A stretch of 64,000 nucleotides of DNA, taken from contig NC_092379.1 of NCBI RefSeq assembly GCF_030028105.1, forward strand, positions 24,669,821 to 24,733,820, in the 5' to 3' direction. How positions within the stretch are numbered: the first letter of the stretch is position 1; each line of letters begins with the position of its first letter. The stretch is from Mobula birostris. Taxonomy: Eukaryota. The notes beneath the pieces are model-generated. The model was not told the origin of the DNA, ran no database searches, and worked only from the letters and a program-made list of their open reading frames with translations. The translations under genes were made by a program, and so were the position numbers. Shown in pieces: positions 33,801 through 46,333 of this stretch.

Positions 33801-36800
33801 CTGGGATACAGACCGTCTGGCCCTGGGGGTTTATCTGCCTTTAATCCTTTCGATTTACCTAACACTACTTCCCTACTAACATGTATTCCCTCCGTTCCTC
33901 CATCTCACTGGACCCTCTGTCCCCTACTATTTCCGGAAGATTATTTATGTCCTCCTTGGTGAAGACAGAACCTAAGTAGTTATTCATTTGGTCTGCCAGG
34001 ACCTTGTTCCCCACACGCAATTCACCTGTTTCTGTTTGTAAGGGACCTACATTTGTCTTAACCAATCTTTTTTTTTTTCTTTTCACATGTCTATAAAAGC
34101 TTTCACAGTCAGTTTTTCTTTAAGTTCCCTGCCAGTTTTCGCTCATAATCTGTTTTCTCTTCTCTAATTAAGCCCTTTGTCCTCCTCTGCTGGGCTCTGC
34201 ATTTATCCCAGTCCTTAGGTGTGCCGTTGTTCTGGCTAATTTGTATGTATCTTTTTTACATTAATATTATCCCTAATTTCCCTTGTCAGCCACGGATGCA
34301 CTACCTCCCTTCTCTATTATTTATCCACCGCCAACCCTTTAAGTATCATTTGCCAGTCTATCTTAGCTAATTCACGTCGCATACCTTCAGAGTTACCCTT
34401 CTTTTAGATCAGAACCTTTGTTTTTGAATTAACTATGTCACTCTCTATCTTAATGAAGAATTCCATCATATTATGATCACTCTTACCCAAGGGGCCTCTC
34501 ACGATCAGATAGCTGATTATCCTTTCCTCATTTCTCAATACCCAATCTAGAATGGCCTTCCCTCTAGTTGTTTCCTCGATATGTTGGTTCAAAAAAACAT
34601 CCCGCATACATTCCAGGAAATCCCCTTCCTCAGCATCCATACCAATTTGGTTCATTCAATCTATATGTAGATTGAAGTCACCCATTACAACTGTTGTTCC
34701 CTTATTGCACCCATTTCTAGTTTCCTGTTTAATGCCATCCCCAAACTCACTACCACTGTTAGGTGGCCTGTACACAACTCCCACTAGCGTTGTCTGCTCC
34801 TTGGTGTTATACAGTTCTACCCACATAGATCCACATCCTCCCGGCTAATGTCCTTCCGTTCTATTGCGTTAATCTCCTCTCTAACCAGCAATGCTATCCC
34901 ACCTCATTTTCTTTCATGTCTATCCCTCCTGAAAACTGAATATTCCTGAATGTGGAGCTCCCATCCTTGGTCACCCTGGAGCCATGTCTCTGTGATCCCA
35001 ACTATATCATATTGATTAATAACAATCTGCACTTTTAATGCATCCACCTTTTTACGAATGCTCCTTGCATTGACACACAAAGCTTTCAGGCTTGCTTTTA
35101 CAAAACTCTTGGCCCTTATACAATTAGGTTGAAAAGTGGTCCTTTTTGATTTTTGCCCTGGATTTGCCGGACTGTCACTTTACTTTACACCTTACTACTT
35201 TTAGCTTCTACCCTCAGTTTACACCCCTCTGTCTCTCTGCACTTGTTCCCATCCCCCTGGTGTGAACTAACCTCCTCTCTCCTCGTCTATTTAATTTGAT
35301 TCCCATCCCGCAACCATTCTCCTTTAATGTCACCTCAGTAGCCCTCGCAAATCTCCCCGCCAGGATATTGGTCCCCCTAGGATTCAAGCGTAACCCAGCC
35401 TTTTTATACAGGTCACTGCTGCGCCAAACTGGGCCCAAATGATCCAAAAACTGGAATCACTGCCCCCGGCTCCAAACCCTCAGCCACGCATTTATCTTCC
35501 ACCTCATTGCATTCCCACTCTCACTGTCGCGTGGCACAGGCAGTAATCCCGAGATTACTACCTTTGCAGTCCTTTTTTATCAACTCCTTTCCTAACTCCC
35601 TATATTCTCCTTTCAGGACTCATTCCCTTTTTCGACCTACCTCTTTGGTACTTATATGTACTACGACCTCCGGCTCCTCACCCCCCACCCCCACCGCCCC
35701 ACACTGCAGGATATCTTGGACGCGGTCAGAAATATACTGGAACCTGGCACCAGGGAGGCAAACTACCATCCGGGTCTCTGGACTGCGTCCACAGAATCGC
35801 CTATCTGACCCCATTAAAATCAAGTCCCCTGTTACGACTGCTCTCCTCTTTCTTTCCCTACCCTTCTGAGTTACAGGGCCGGACTCTGTGCCGGACGCAC
35901 GGCCACTGTCTCTTCCCCCAGGTAAGCTTCCCCCGCAACAGTACTCAAAAAGGATTACCTATAGTCAAGGGGCACAGCCACTGGGGTACTCTCTATTATC
36001 TGACTCTTCCCCTTCCCTCACCTCACCGTGACCCACTTGTCTGCCTCCCGTGCCCCCGGTGTGACCACCTGTCTGATACTCCTCTGTAACAACTCCTCAC
36101 TCTCTCTGACCAGACAAATGTCATCGAGCTGCAGCTCCAGTTCCCTTATCTGGTCACTTAGGAGCTGCATTTCGGCACACTTTGCGCAGATGTCGACGTC
36201 CAGGAGGTTTGGCGACTCCACGACCTCCCATATCCGGCACCGAGAACAACAAACTGCCCTCACACTCACACTGCCCCTCTCCTCAAATAATAACAAAAAT
36301 TGAATACCAAACCGTCTTCGCCTCGCCCGTTTCCGCCTTAGCCCGTTGAGCCGAAGCCTTTAAGCCTTCTCTCTGCTCCCAGCTCACTCCCCAGCCCGCA
36401 GACTCTGCTGCCCGCTGTACAAGGCTCTGTTCCTTTTAAATCTTCGGTGCTTCAATGCCCGACGTCACACGTCTGCGCAGTCCCGCCTCTCTGAACGCCG
36501 ATGGAATAAAAAAGAAAAATCAGAAATGGCTTCCTCCACACTCCCGCTCCGATTCTCAGACCTCCTACTCCGAATTAAACCCGAAGCAGGATTTCTGTCC
36601 TTTTAAATCCTTTAAATGCAGTCAGTGACGAACATGGTGAAAGGCTTCACCAGGACTTTGCAACCATGGAGAAGCGGTATCAGGGCAACTGAAATCCATT
36701 AATGCTAGTGGACTATTGTTGGACACTGACACGAGTGGCACCTGATACTGAGTACAAAATCATCTGCAAAACATTTGAAGCTCAGTAGAACTACTCAAAG

Positions 36801-36998
36801 TGCCAGCATCATTATGCAATTAAACCTGTTAAATTCAATAAAAGAGTTTTAATTTTTGTCCAAATTCTTACGGGATACAGCAAATCTGAAATTATTTCTT
36901 TGGTTCAGCATGATAGCATGATATTGTCTGTCATAATCTCTTTTTTTTCTGGAAACAAAACGTTTGGAAAAAAAAATATAAATATACATTGTCCAGTG
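30885..36998 (+). mobile_element. Chapaev-type relic (30885-32234 and 36617-36998) split by a CR1 insertion
   Basis: ORFs MKDHVTDCYFCLSNVSGFSNKNKKSIEYPNL and KIKKGIFVGPQ; right end GTCCAGTG at 36991-36998. Confidence 0.8.
32235..36616 (-). mobile_element. Near full-length, mutated CR1 LINE (ORF1 zinc finger and esterase; ORF2 APE endonuclease and RT)
   Basis: ORF1: VCCSRCRIWE...CAKCAEMQLL...IRELELQL and MVVCLPGARF. ORF2: DFLECMRDVFLNQHIEETTRGKAILD, VDVVNLDFQKALDKVPH, LYKALVRPHLEYCVQ. 3' (TTTCTATG)-type tail at 32235; TGCA on both flanks (32231-32234, 36617-36620). Confidence 0.92.
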
Positions 36999-37120
36999 AG
37001 CTATTATCAGAATGTGTAAGAATGACTTCCGCTGCCTGAATGTGATGTGAATGAATGAGCCTGGAGTCATAACGCCCGGTCTGACTTTGTGCTGGTCTCA
37101 ATGAAGCCATCATCTGAGAC

Positions 37121-37143
37121 ATATATATATATATATACATGTG

Positions 37144-37192
<49 letters not shown>
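37121..37192. repeat. (AT)n(GT)n microsatellite at a deletion junction
   Basis: Directly visible; followed within ~12 bp by the truncated D RSS spacer. Confidence 0.95.
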
Positions 37193-37195
<3 letters not shown>

Positions 37196-37203
37196 CATAC
37201 ACA

Positions 37204-37261
37204 TTATCTTCCGTTGTGTGCATGCAATTTATCCACACTGTTTCATGCCAAGTCCAAATTG
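37204..37261 (-). pseudogene. D segment X3 (core 37219-37233, GATAAATTGCATGCA), J-facing nonamer deleted
   Basis: Heptamers CACAACG and CACACTG as in X1; J and supporting V-delta are absent from this unit. Confidence 0.85.
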
Positions 37262-37609
37262 CAGGAGACTGTTGGGCAGGAGAAAACATCTTCCCAGCTG
37301 CTCTTCCAGCTTCCATGCTGTTGGAGCAGGGTCCCATCTGAAGTAGGAGATTGGAAAGTGGGAGACACATTCTCACTTGCTGTTCACTGCACAGTTCCTG
37401 GGAAAGGTGGTTTTCCAATCAAATGCAGAAGAGAAAATAACTACCGTCTGAACAGACAACATCCAGTCCCATTGCAAACTAGACTGTATGGGACGCAGAC
37501 GAAGAACCTCCTGAAATTACCAGCACATGAACTTCGCTGCTTCAGATGTTTATGGGATAATTTCCATCTTCTGTTTGAGTACGGTGGTGATCCCTTTCCA
37601 AAGAGTGTC

Positions 37610-37901
37610 TGCACCATTTATATTCAGCTTTACAAAAAATAGGTGGCACTGTCGTCAACTTCAAGATTCATAATTTTCAGTATAAATATCATTTCGGCGT
37701 TATTTTGCGCAATTATAAATCTCGTTCCTGTGGAGATCGGTACCCATCGCGTTTTTCGCTGTGTTTGTTTGAAGAAATATCCGGTTACAAACTTATAGGA
37801 TCCCGTCCAACCAGTACGGAAAGTGCATGTGATTGTGAGAGACTGGCATTCACTTTTCGTCACCGCTGTCGGGCTCTGGGTTTCGGTCTGGCTGAAGAAG
37901 A
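37610..37901 (-). pseudogene. NAR V pseudogene X3
   Basis: +1 frameshift in the T run before the second Cys (TAT TTT TTG TAA); RSS heptamer mutated to GACACTC (37609-37603). Confidence 0.88.
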
Positions 37902-38047
37902 CTGGAAATTAAGAGTAAGGAGAATCGAAACAGCATTAGATGTGACACACAATAGAGGTCTAACACGATGACTTCAGGGATTCTGCGTACACTCGTTGAG
38001 TTTCGTATTTAACTCGAATATTACGTAAATTTGTGAACAGTACTCAC

Positions 38048-38090
38048 GGTCAAAGCAGAGGCAGAGTGTGACATACAAGAGAAATTTCAT
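38048..38090 (-). pseudogene. Leader exon of NAR V X3 (itself intact)
   Basis: MKFLLYVTLCLCFD + GTGAGT. Confidence 0.85.
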
Positions 38091-39516
38091 CGTTTCGTCT
38101 CCAGGTGTCAGATGGAATATACAGCCGCTAGAGAGACTGCTGTGGCAGGTTCTTTCTCAGAACTGGGCAGCGACACCTCAGCCGGTTTCTGTTCTAGATT
38201 TATTCAATTGCTTCACTGTTTCCGTATTTGTTTGTTGTCGAACAAAGCGTCAGATTTGATTAACAATAGCTGTGGTTCCCTCTTCACGCAGTTTTATTTG
38301 CAACTTATGAGAAAGACAGGGGTACTGCGAAAAGGAAATGACATAATTTACAGATGCGACAGTGAAATGTAGTTTCGCCAAGATAACTGTGAGTGTCACT
38401 AGGTTGATAAACGTATCAGCGGTCAGTTTCCGGAGGTCTCCAGTGATTGAGACAAAGAGATAAGGAAAGGCGAGAAAGGTGTCAGAAATGGAACTGGTGA
38501 TTTGATGAGCACTGTGGAAGTAGGGAGCAAAGATGATGGCATTGAAGACATCAGCAAGGGTACGTGAAGCAGCACCAATACAGTCATCCATGTAGCATGA
38601 GAGAAAAAAAAAAAGAGGGACGTTAAAACGCTACAAGAGAGTTTTGGAACATGGACTGTTCCACGTAGGTAACGAAATTACCGCCATAGCGGTGTTGAGG
38701 TTGGGGGCATGCGGACTCCCACGGCTTGACAGTGGCTGTGGACAAAGTGGGAGGATCGAAAATTAAAAATAAAAAAAAAATACAAATGCTCTGCGTGAGA
38801 ACCAGCTAACCAATGTTGCATAGTTCTCTTTCTCTTTCTTTGCGAGATAACATGTATAATGCACTCGGGTTATAGTCTGGCTAATTTCGTCGAATTTTAT
38901 TCTCTGCACAGTCAACAACATTACTGGCATTATCAACAAAGCCCGCATAATTGCAACATAATTCTGAACTGATACTACAAGCTGCAGACTAATTTTCAAA
39001 GAATTGTGCAAATATTGCTCTCAATATTATCATTATAATTATTATTATTACTTTTTTTTTTTCTCAGTTTAAGCTATAAAAACGTAAGGGCCAGGTACCG
39101 CCAAACACGTCCATTTGTCAACTGCTGGAAAATTTCGAACTATTCTTGTGGTGTTTCGTATTGTGGCTTTCTGAAGACCGACATGGATACTGCTGTACTT
39201 GCTCAGTTGTTCAATAGTATAATGTAGTGACTTTGGGATTATACCAGCTGTACGTATTACCATGGGTCAATGTATAGTTGCTCATCTTTCAAAGTCTTTA
39301 AATTTCCTACTTTATTACAGCATATTAACAATGTTAATCAGTTACTGATTTGGATATTGTGTGTGTTTCGATTGGCTATATCTATAATTTAAGTTGCTCT
39401 TGCCTGATTATCCCGTGTTATTGTATGCCGGCAATTATTATGGAATGTCCTCTGTGCAATCACTGATGCATTAGAATATATATTTGTGGTATTCTGACTC
39501 TGATTATTATTATTAC

Positions 39517-39552
<36 letters not shown>

Positions 39553-40952
39553 CACATCACGTTACTTCACTGCAACCAATTCCATCGCTCAGAAGGGGTT
39601 CACAATTCTCCTCTGATCGAACCGACTATGAGGAATCATTTGTGGTTTCTCACCGGGCTACAACCGACCAATCGAAGCAAGCTCCATAGACAAGCGGCGA
39701 TAGACAACAGCGGAAGATTAATGGGTAAATGATTTACTTGAATTATGAGGACTTCAAACAGGACAGTGAGACATGGAGGAATGGGTTCAGGAAAAGTGGA
39801 AATAATTAGTGAGTTAAAAAATACAATATGAAAGAGAGAATGTTTAACTATACCGTAAAGAAATTTAGAAATAAAGTTAAATTTGTTATTCTTTGTCCAT
39901 ACGGCGTTGCTGAACGCAGGACAAACATGGAACACTGTAGCACAGAGCAGATACAGAACGCACACTTAAACAAAATTTACGGACTTTTTTTCCTTTTAAG
40001 TGAACTGGCGCTAGCGCTGCGATTGCCTCTAAGAAAATCTCCTGTGTTGCTGTACCTGTTAGACGGGCAGGCACCGTTAAACCCGAAAAGACTCAGCCAG
40101 CAGTCAAAGTAGCTGCGACTGCTGCAAGTGTTACTCTTGACAGAAGTCCACGTGCAAACGAGGATACTCAAGCGGTTGATGGAAGAAAGACCGCTAACAT
40201 TGTTATTGGAACTGAGCACATTCATAATGCACATATATTACCAAGTAGCTGAACTTGAGACAGAGAGAGAGATACGTAAACGCAGACAATAGCAAACTGA
40301 TCAACAACTTTCAACAACATATTCCTTACCTTAAGTAAATTGCATAACGAATGGTAGATCAACGTGGTCTTATTATAACATCAGCCTATCTCCAAAGAAA
40401 TATTTTTACAAAAACACATGAAATAATATGAGAGCTAGAATGAAACCGACTTAAAGACTGCAACAATGCTATCCAATAAAATAATGACATGACACCACCC
40501 AAAGTGTTCACAGAAGTTCAAATACTTCATCATTTTTTCACAACCTGACGGTAATTACAAAACACCAAGGTAGAGCTTTCACAGAATACTGATGACGAAT
40601 CTGAGCTTACAGGCAAAATTAATACAGCTAAAGCAATTAATTCAAACAGTGAACATATATATATATATATATATGTTGAAAACCTGATCTTTCGACGAGA
40701 TAGGTGAAGAATATTAAAAAAATAAAGCGAGTGTAATATAATAAAAATTGCAGGATACAACCGAAATTATGAATGAAAATAAAAAAAAGACAAGTATGTA
40801 GTTCACTATGTGGTAAAGAAGGAATTTGCAATGTTGGCAATGTTTCAATTGGAATACAAAACACGGCGAAAACTCTGAGCATTATTAAGACACTAGTCAT
40901 ACTCACTTAGAGTATTGTCAGTTGTTTTGTGCCCCGTACTCAGTAAATATGT

Positions 40953-41129
40953 AACACACATCAAAGTTGCTGGTGAATGCAGCAGGCCAGGCAGCATCTG
41001 TAGGAAGAGGTGCAGTCGACGTTTCAGGCCGAGACCCTTCGTCAGGACTAACTGAATGAAGAGTGAGTAAGGGATTTGAAAGTTGGAGGGGGAGGGGGAG
41101 ATCCAAAATCCAAAATTCCCAAATTTCAT
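40953..41129. mobile_element. Short truncated retroelement or SINE-like insertion unique to X3
   Basis: Flanked by a 9-bp direct repeat TAAATATGT (40944-40952, 41130-41138); single copy at the paralogous site in X4 (~59824-59832). Confidence 0.8.
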
Positions 41130-44100
41130 TAAATATGTGTCGCTTTTTGAGAGAGAGCAGAGGAGGATCAGGAATAGACATATTAGGAAGGTTTATCATA
41201 TTTGCACCTGTATTCACTGGGATTTAGAACAATGCGGGGCGATCTCATTGAAATCTTCCAACTGTTGAAAGGGTAGATATCGAGAGGATATTTCCAATGG
41301 TGGGTCCATTCGGAACTAGATAGCACAGCCTCAAACTTGAGGGGCGAAGATTTAGAACAAAGATAAGGAGTGACCACTGAGTGGCGACAAGTTAAGAAGA
41401 GGAAAAAAAAAAAAAACTAATGCCACATACTGCAGTGGAAACCAAGTCCGTGCCTAAATTTACTGCTGAAGTTCATCGTTTCTGATCGGTCAAGGAATCA
41501 AAGGATATCACCAGAAGAAAGGTGTATGGAGTTGAGTGGGATGCCAGATCAGGCATGGTGGATTGGCGGAGCAGACGCGATGGACTGATTGGTCGAATTG
41601 CACTCCTATGCTTTAGGTCTTATGGCGAATTGTTGGAGGGGCGGCACGTGGTGCAGGAAGGACCCTTGTCGCGTTTTATATCTCTGTAGATAACTAATTC
41701 AATAACAAGGATTGGTTGGGAAAATCGCAAGCTCCCATGACAGCCTGCAGTTTTGACAGTTTCCTTCTATCAATACCGTTATTGGACAACAGTGATACTT
41801 CATGATTAACACTACTACCGCAAGCATCGTGTCACAAGCAAGGAGTTAATTGTGTAGAGACGTTCGTCACCTTGTCAAGGAAATCGAACTAACTTGGAGA
41901 AGTTTGGAATACTTAAATTAATGATGCGGAAGAAAAGTGTTCAAACCCATACTGAGGAAATGTCAGTTAAGTAATAAAGCAGTGAATTTCTGTGTGTTCA
42001 TCCAGTCAATCTGAAAACCGTCGTTGTGGTTCCGTTTCAGTGTGATGCAACCGCAGTGCACTTCTCCTGGGCTGATTCAAAGCAAAATGCCTGACACCCG
42101 GTGAACAAACAAGAAAGGCTCTATTAGGTCTGGGTAGATGAATGAGCTCTACGTTTTGTACAATTCCCCAATTTCTTTCGCACCTTAGGTGGGGTAGAAA
42201 TGCTGACAACGACGTAATTCCTAAAAAAGTAAAACATAATTTTCACGTATCACTGCACAAATCATGATAGATTCATGTAATTAAATTCGCCTTCAGACCT
42301 GCCGCTGGTTTTCTTAGCAGGTTGCATATGTGCTGCAGAAAATTTGCAGCAATTGCAGAACTTCTTCTCGCCAGGTTTGGTGTTTCCAAATCAACACGCT
42401 TTGGTTAAGGAACTTCCGGTAAATTAACCTATATGAATTAATGACTATAATACGATGGAAGTTTAGCAGTCAATTAAAGGTATCGAGAAATATATCCCGA
42501 ATGTTAATTTCATTCAATGTTGTCACGAAGTTTTGAAAAAAAAAAAAATCCTGGATCTGATTTTGTGGAGTGAGCTAGATTTGATGTAGAAGCTTAGATA
42601 AGGAAACCATTTTTTTTTAAGCAGACGTGACGCTGTCATAATATTCACCCAGCCATTTGAGAGGTACAACCTGATATTGATTCCTCGCTTTCAGTAAATC
42701 AAATCACAAATGTATGAGAGAGGAGCGTGCCAAGTTTGATCATAGGGAGATGACGGTAGAGCAGCGATGTTTAACCATGAAAATTGTGGTCTCTGCTTTT
42801 CAAGGTTTTCATAACAGAATAGATGGATTTTTGCCGGGGTTGCCTATGATATAAATATAGGTGAAATATTGGGTACTGCTGAAGAAGCAGGGAGCAGGAG
42901 CATTCACCGGTGGTAGGATAAGCTATGACAATGCTCACATCAGTGGCAGATGCAACAAGCAGTAGGAAACGGTATAAAATGTAATTTCTTCGCAGGGACA
43001 AAGTCGTTGAAAATATTCTAAGTGAGGAGTGAATTCGAAAAACTCAGCTGTATATAAACTTGATAGTCCTACTTCGTGAATAATTTACGGTCAAATATAA
43101 TAACTGTGACGTAGCGTTGATTATTTATAAAAGGTAAATAGCACTACATTTGCAGTTTTGAAAAACAAGTTGTGTGCTCAAAGTCCAAAGGAAGAGTATG
43201 CTAGTTTACAAGGGAGGAAAGTAGAAACTTATGAGAATAACCCCGGTGCAGACATATTATCGTAGGTGGAGAGTTTGATGTTTCTTCGGATTTGAGCAAT
43301 GATATGACTCCCAATGTAACATAACCGGCAAAAATGTACTGAGTACAGTGGATGTGCAGATGATAGATCCAGCAGCGCGAAAGTGGAGCCTCAGAGGTAC
43401 TCAACCTCGGAAAAAAAAATGACATGGCTTAGAGTACAGTGAAACCTTTTTTGTTTTTTTTTTTTGCCAGATTGTATATGTGTGGAATTCCTTGCCACAG
43501 TGTATTAGGGAGGGCATGTACGGTAAATTCCAGTCAGAGGTAAATGCCTTCTCAAGTTGCAAGTGTGTCAGAATTTGGACGGAGTTCCCAGGAGAATGCA
43601 GTTGAGATTTTATACTAAATACGCTACGATCCAGCGGCAGAACCAATGTCGAGAGGTGAAATAGCCACAATTTTCTCCGATGGTCTTACGGCCAGTTCCT
43701 GTGCAGACCTCTATAACACGCTTTAATATACCATACTTTTTATTAGTTCGATGGACAGCCTCACACACACAAGAAAAGGGTAATAGATATAGTTGATAAA
43801 TATTGAGGGCTGAGAGGATTAGCAAGTGAGTTCTGTTTAAGAATTCTGTACTTTCGGTGGTTGTTAATGTTCGAATGTATTACTTATTTGCGCTGAGTTT
43901 TGGATAATACGGAGGTCATACTTGTTGGCACTGTCGCGTAACCGCCTATGTGACGTTCTGTAGGGTTTTTCAGGTTACGTCTTTCACTATTTCACGCAGT
44001 CTGTAGCAGGTCTGGTCCTCGGCAACACAGAAACTCAGCATCGCGGCGTTAATCGCGAAGATCACGAGGCATGCGATCCACGGGAGAGTGCAAGAGTGGA

Positions 44101-44986
44101 TTTAGAATTCTGCTGCACTCGGAAGGCATAACGTGGTATTAGCTGGAAGTTACTATGCCCACATTTCAAGAATTATAGATGCTCCTTGAGTCACTGTTTC
44201 GAGAACCTCACTCTTTGTGACATTAAAAATTACCGTGTGATTGTGTGTAATGATTTTAATGTGAAAGTAGATAAATTGCATAAAGAATAGTGGCGTTGTG
44301 TACCGAGTAGAAAGCTCTCACATGTTGCAACGTGATGCAGAGAGGATGTAGAGTTGGGTAGACAAAAGGGAAAGTACATTTCAAACGGTGCGGGGTGGGG
44401 AACTAGTGTGAAATAACCAACATTGGTAGTTCGTACAGGATTATGAGGAGGATTTTTTGAGGCGCGGTGGTACAGATGGATAATCGGCTCTTGCGTCACT
44501 ATATTCCCCATTGCTGCCACGCAAGTGAATTTAAGAAATAATATGGTGTACTGGATATTGAACTGGATATTGATTTTAAAAGCTGAGAGTTGATATTCTG
44601 CATCACACAAATATCCGGTGAGACAACACTGAGAGATTTGTGTTAATTTCTGAGTACCTTATGACAGAAAGGATGTTTAAAGTTTTGTGAGAGAGCTCAG
44701 AAGTATCACCATGTGGCCTGAAATATTAGACAACGCCTTAAGCGGAGATTTTGATTTTGGATCAACGCTAGTTGACAGTCATCTTAATATAAACGCGTAC
44801 GACTAAGAAAGGCATAGATAATACTTTCCTCAGGGCGGTAATGCCAATCACCAGAAACTTCCGGTTATGGTTCTTAGACGGTAAATTACCCCAGATATCT
44901 GAAATAGTGTTTTTTTTTTTTTTTTTTTTCCACAGAGAATAGCGGTTGGCTGAAATTCATGCCGGAGATGGTGGAAACTTCATGAT

Positions 44987-46333
44987 AAACACAAAATAAT
45001 CTGCAGATGTTGTGATTAAAGCAACACTTTCAGTACGCTGGATGAACTCAGCAGATTGGGCAGCATCAGTCAGAAACCATGAGTCGACGTTCCGGGCAGA
45101 AACCCTTCGTCAGGACTGAAGAATGAAAGATGGTGAAGGATTTGAAGAATGCTTGAAGCTTCAGTTGAAATACTAGAAATTTGAAAGGCAAATGGGTGGG
45201 GGAATAGGAAGCATTGACGTCATAGCCCTGAAAACAATGGGAAGTAGAAGAAGGAGGCGGAACCATGAGTGAGCTGGGGGAGGAGGTAGAGTGAAATAGG
45301 GATAGTGGAATGGAGAGGGAGGGAGTTACCTGACGCTGGAGAATTCTATGTTCATACCAAGAGGCTGGAGACTACCTAGACGGTATATGAGGTTTTGGTC
45401 CTCCAACCTGAGTTTAGCCTCATCGTAGCTGTAGAGGAGGCCATGTATGGACATATCTGAATCGGAATAGAAAGCAGAGTTGAAGTTGGTGGCTACCGGG
45501 AGATCCTGTCTGTTGTGGCGGACGGAGTGGCGGTGCTCGAAGAAGCAGTCCACCAATCTGCGTCGGTTTACACCGATGTAGAAGAGGCCGCACCGGGAGC
45601 ACGGGATGCAGTAGATGACCCCAACAGACACACAAGTGATGTGCTGTCTCACCTGAAAGGACTATTTGGGGCCCTGCATGATTGTAGGAGATTAGCTGTA
45701 GGGACGGGTGTAGCACTTACGCTTACAGGGATAAGTGACAGGTTGGGGATCAGTGGGGATGGACGTGTGGATAAGGGAATCGCGAAGGGACCGATCCCTG
45801 CGTAAAGCGGAGACGGGTGGAGAGGGAAAGATGTGCTCAGTTGCGGGGTCATGCTGAAGGTGGCGAAAATTGCGGAGGATAATGTGCTGGATCCGGAGGC
45901 TGGTGGGGTGGTAGGTAAGGACAAGGGGAACTCTGTCCCTGTTGTGCTTGCGGGAGGATGGTGTGAGGGCAGAAGTGCGGGAAATGGAGGAGATGCAGGT
46001 GAGGGCATCATTGATGACGGTAGATGGGAAACCACGATCCTTAAAGAAAGAGGACATTTGAGATGTCCTAGAACGGAATGCCTCATCCTCGGAGGAGATG
46101 CGGCGGAGACGGAGGAACTGGGAATAGGGAATGACATTTTTGCATGTGGCGACGTAGGAAGAGGTATATTTGAGGTAGTTATGANNNNNNNNNNNNNNNN
46201 NNNNNNNNNNNNNNNNNNNNNNNNNNNNNNNNNNNNNNNNNNNNNNNNNNNNNNNNNNNNNNNNNNNNNNNNNNNNNNNNNNNNNNNNNNNNNNNNNNNN
46301 NNNNNNNNNNNNNNNNNNNNNNNAAACAAAAGG
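44987..46333 (-). mobile_element. Penelope-like element, paralog of 10816-12025
   Basis: GIY-YIG ORF 45326-45652; 11-bp direct repeat AACTTCATGAT at 44976-44986 and 46334-46344. Confidence 0.85.
46185..46323. other. Assembly gap (Ns)
   Basis: Directly visible. Confidence 1.

Noticed and set aside
43276-43305. ISLLKSEETS resembling V framework 3
   Set aside because: Not followed by YYC or an RSS, and it lies among decayed CR1 sequence.
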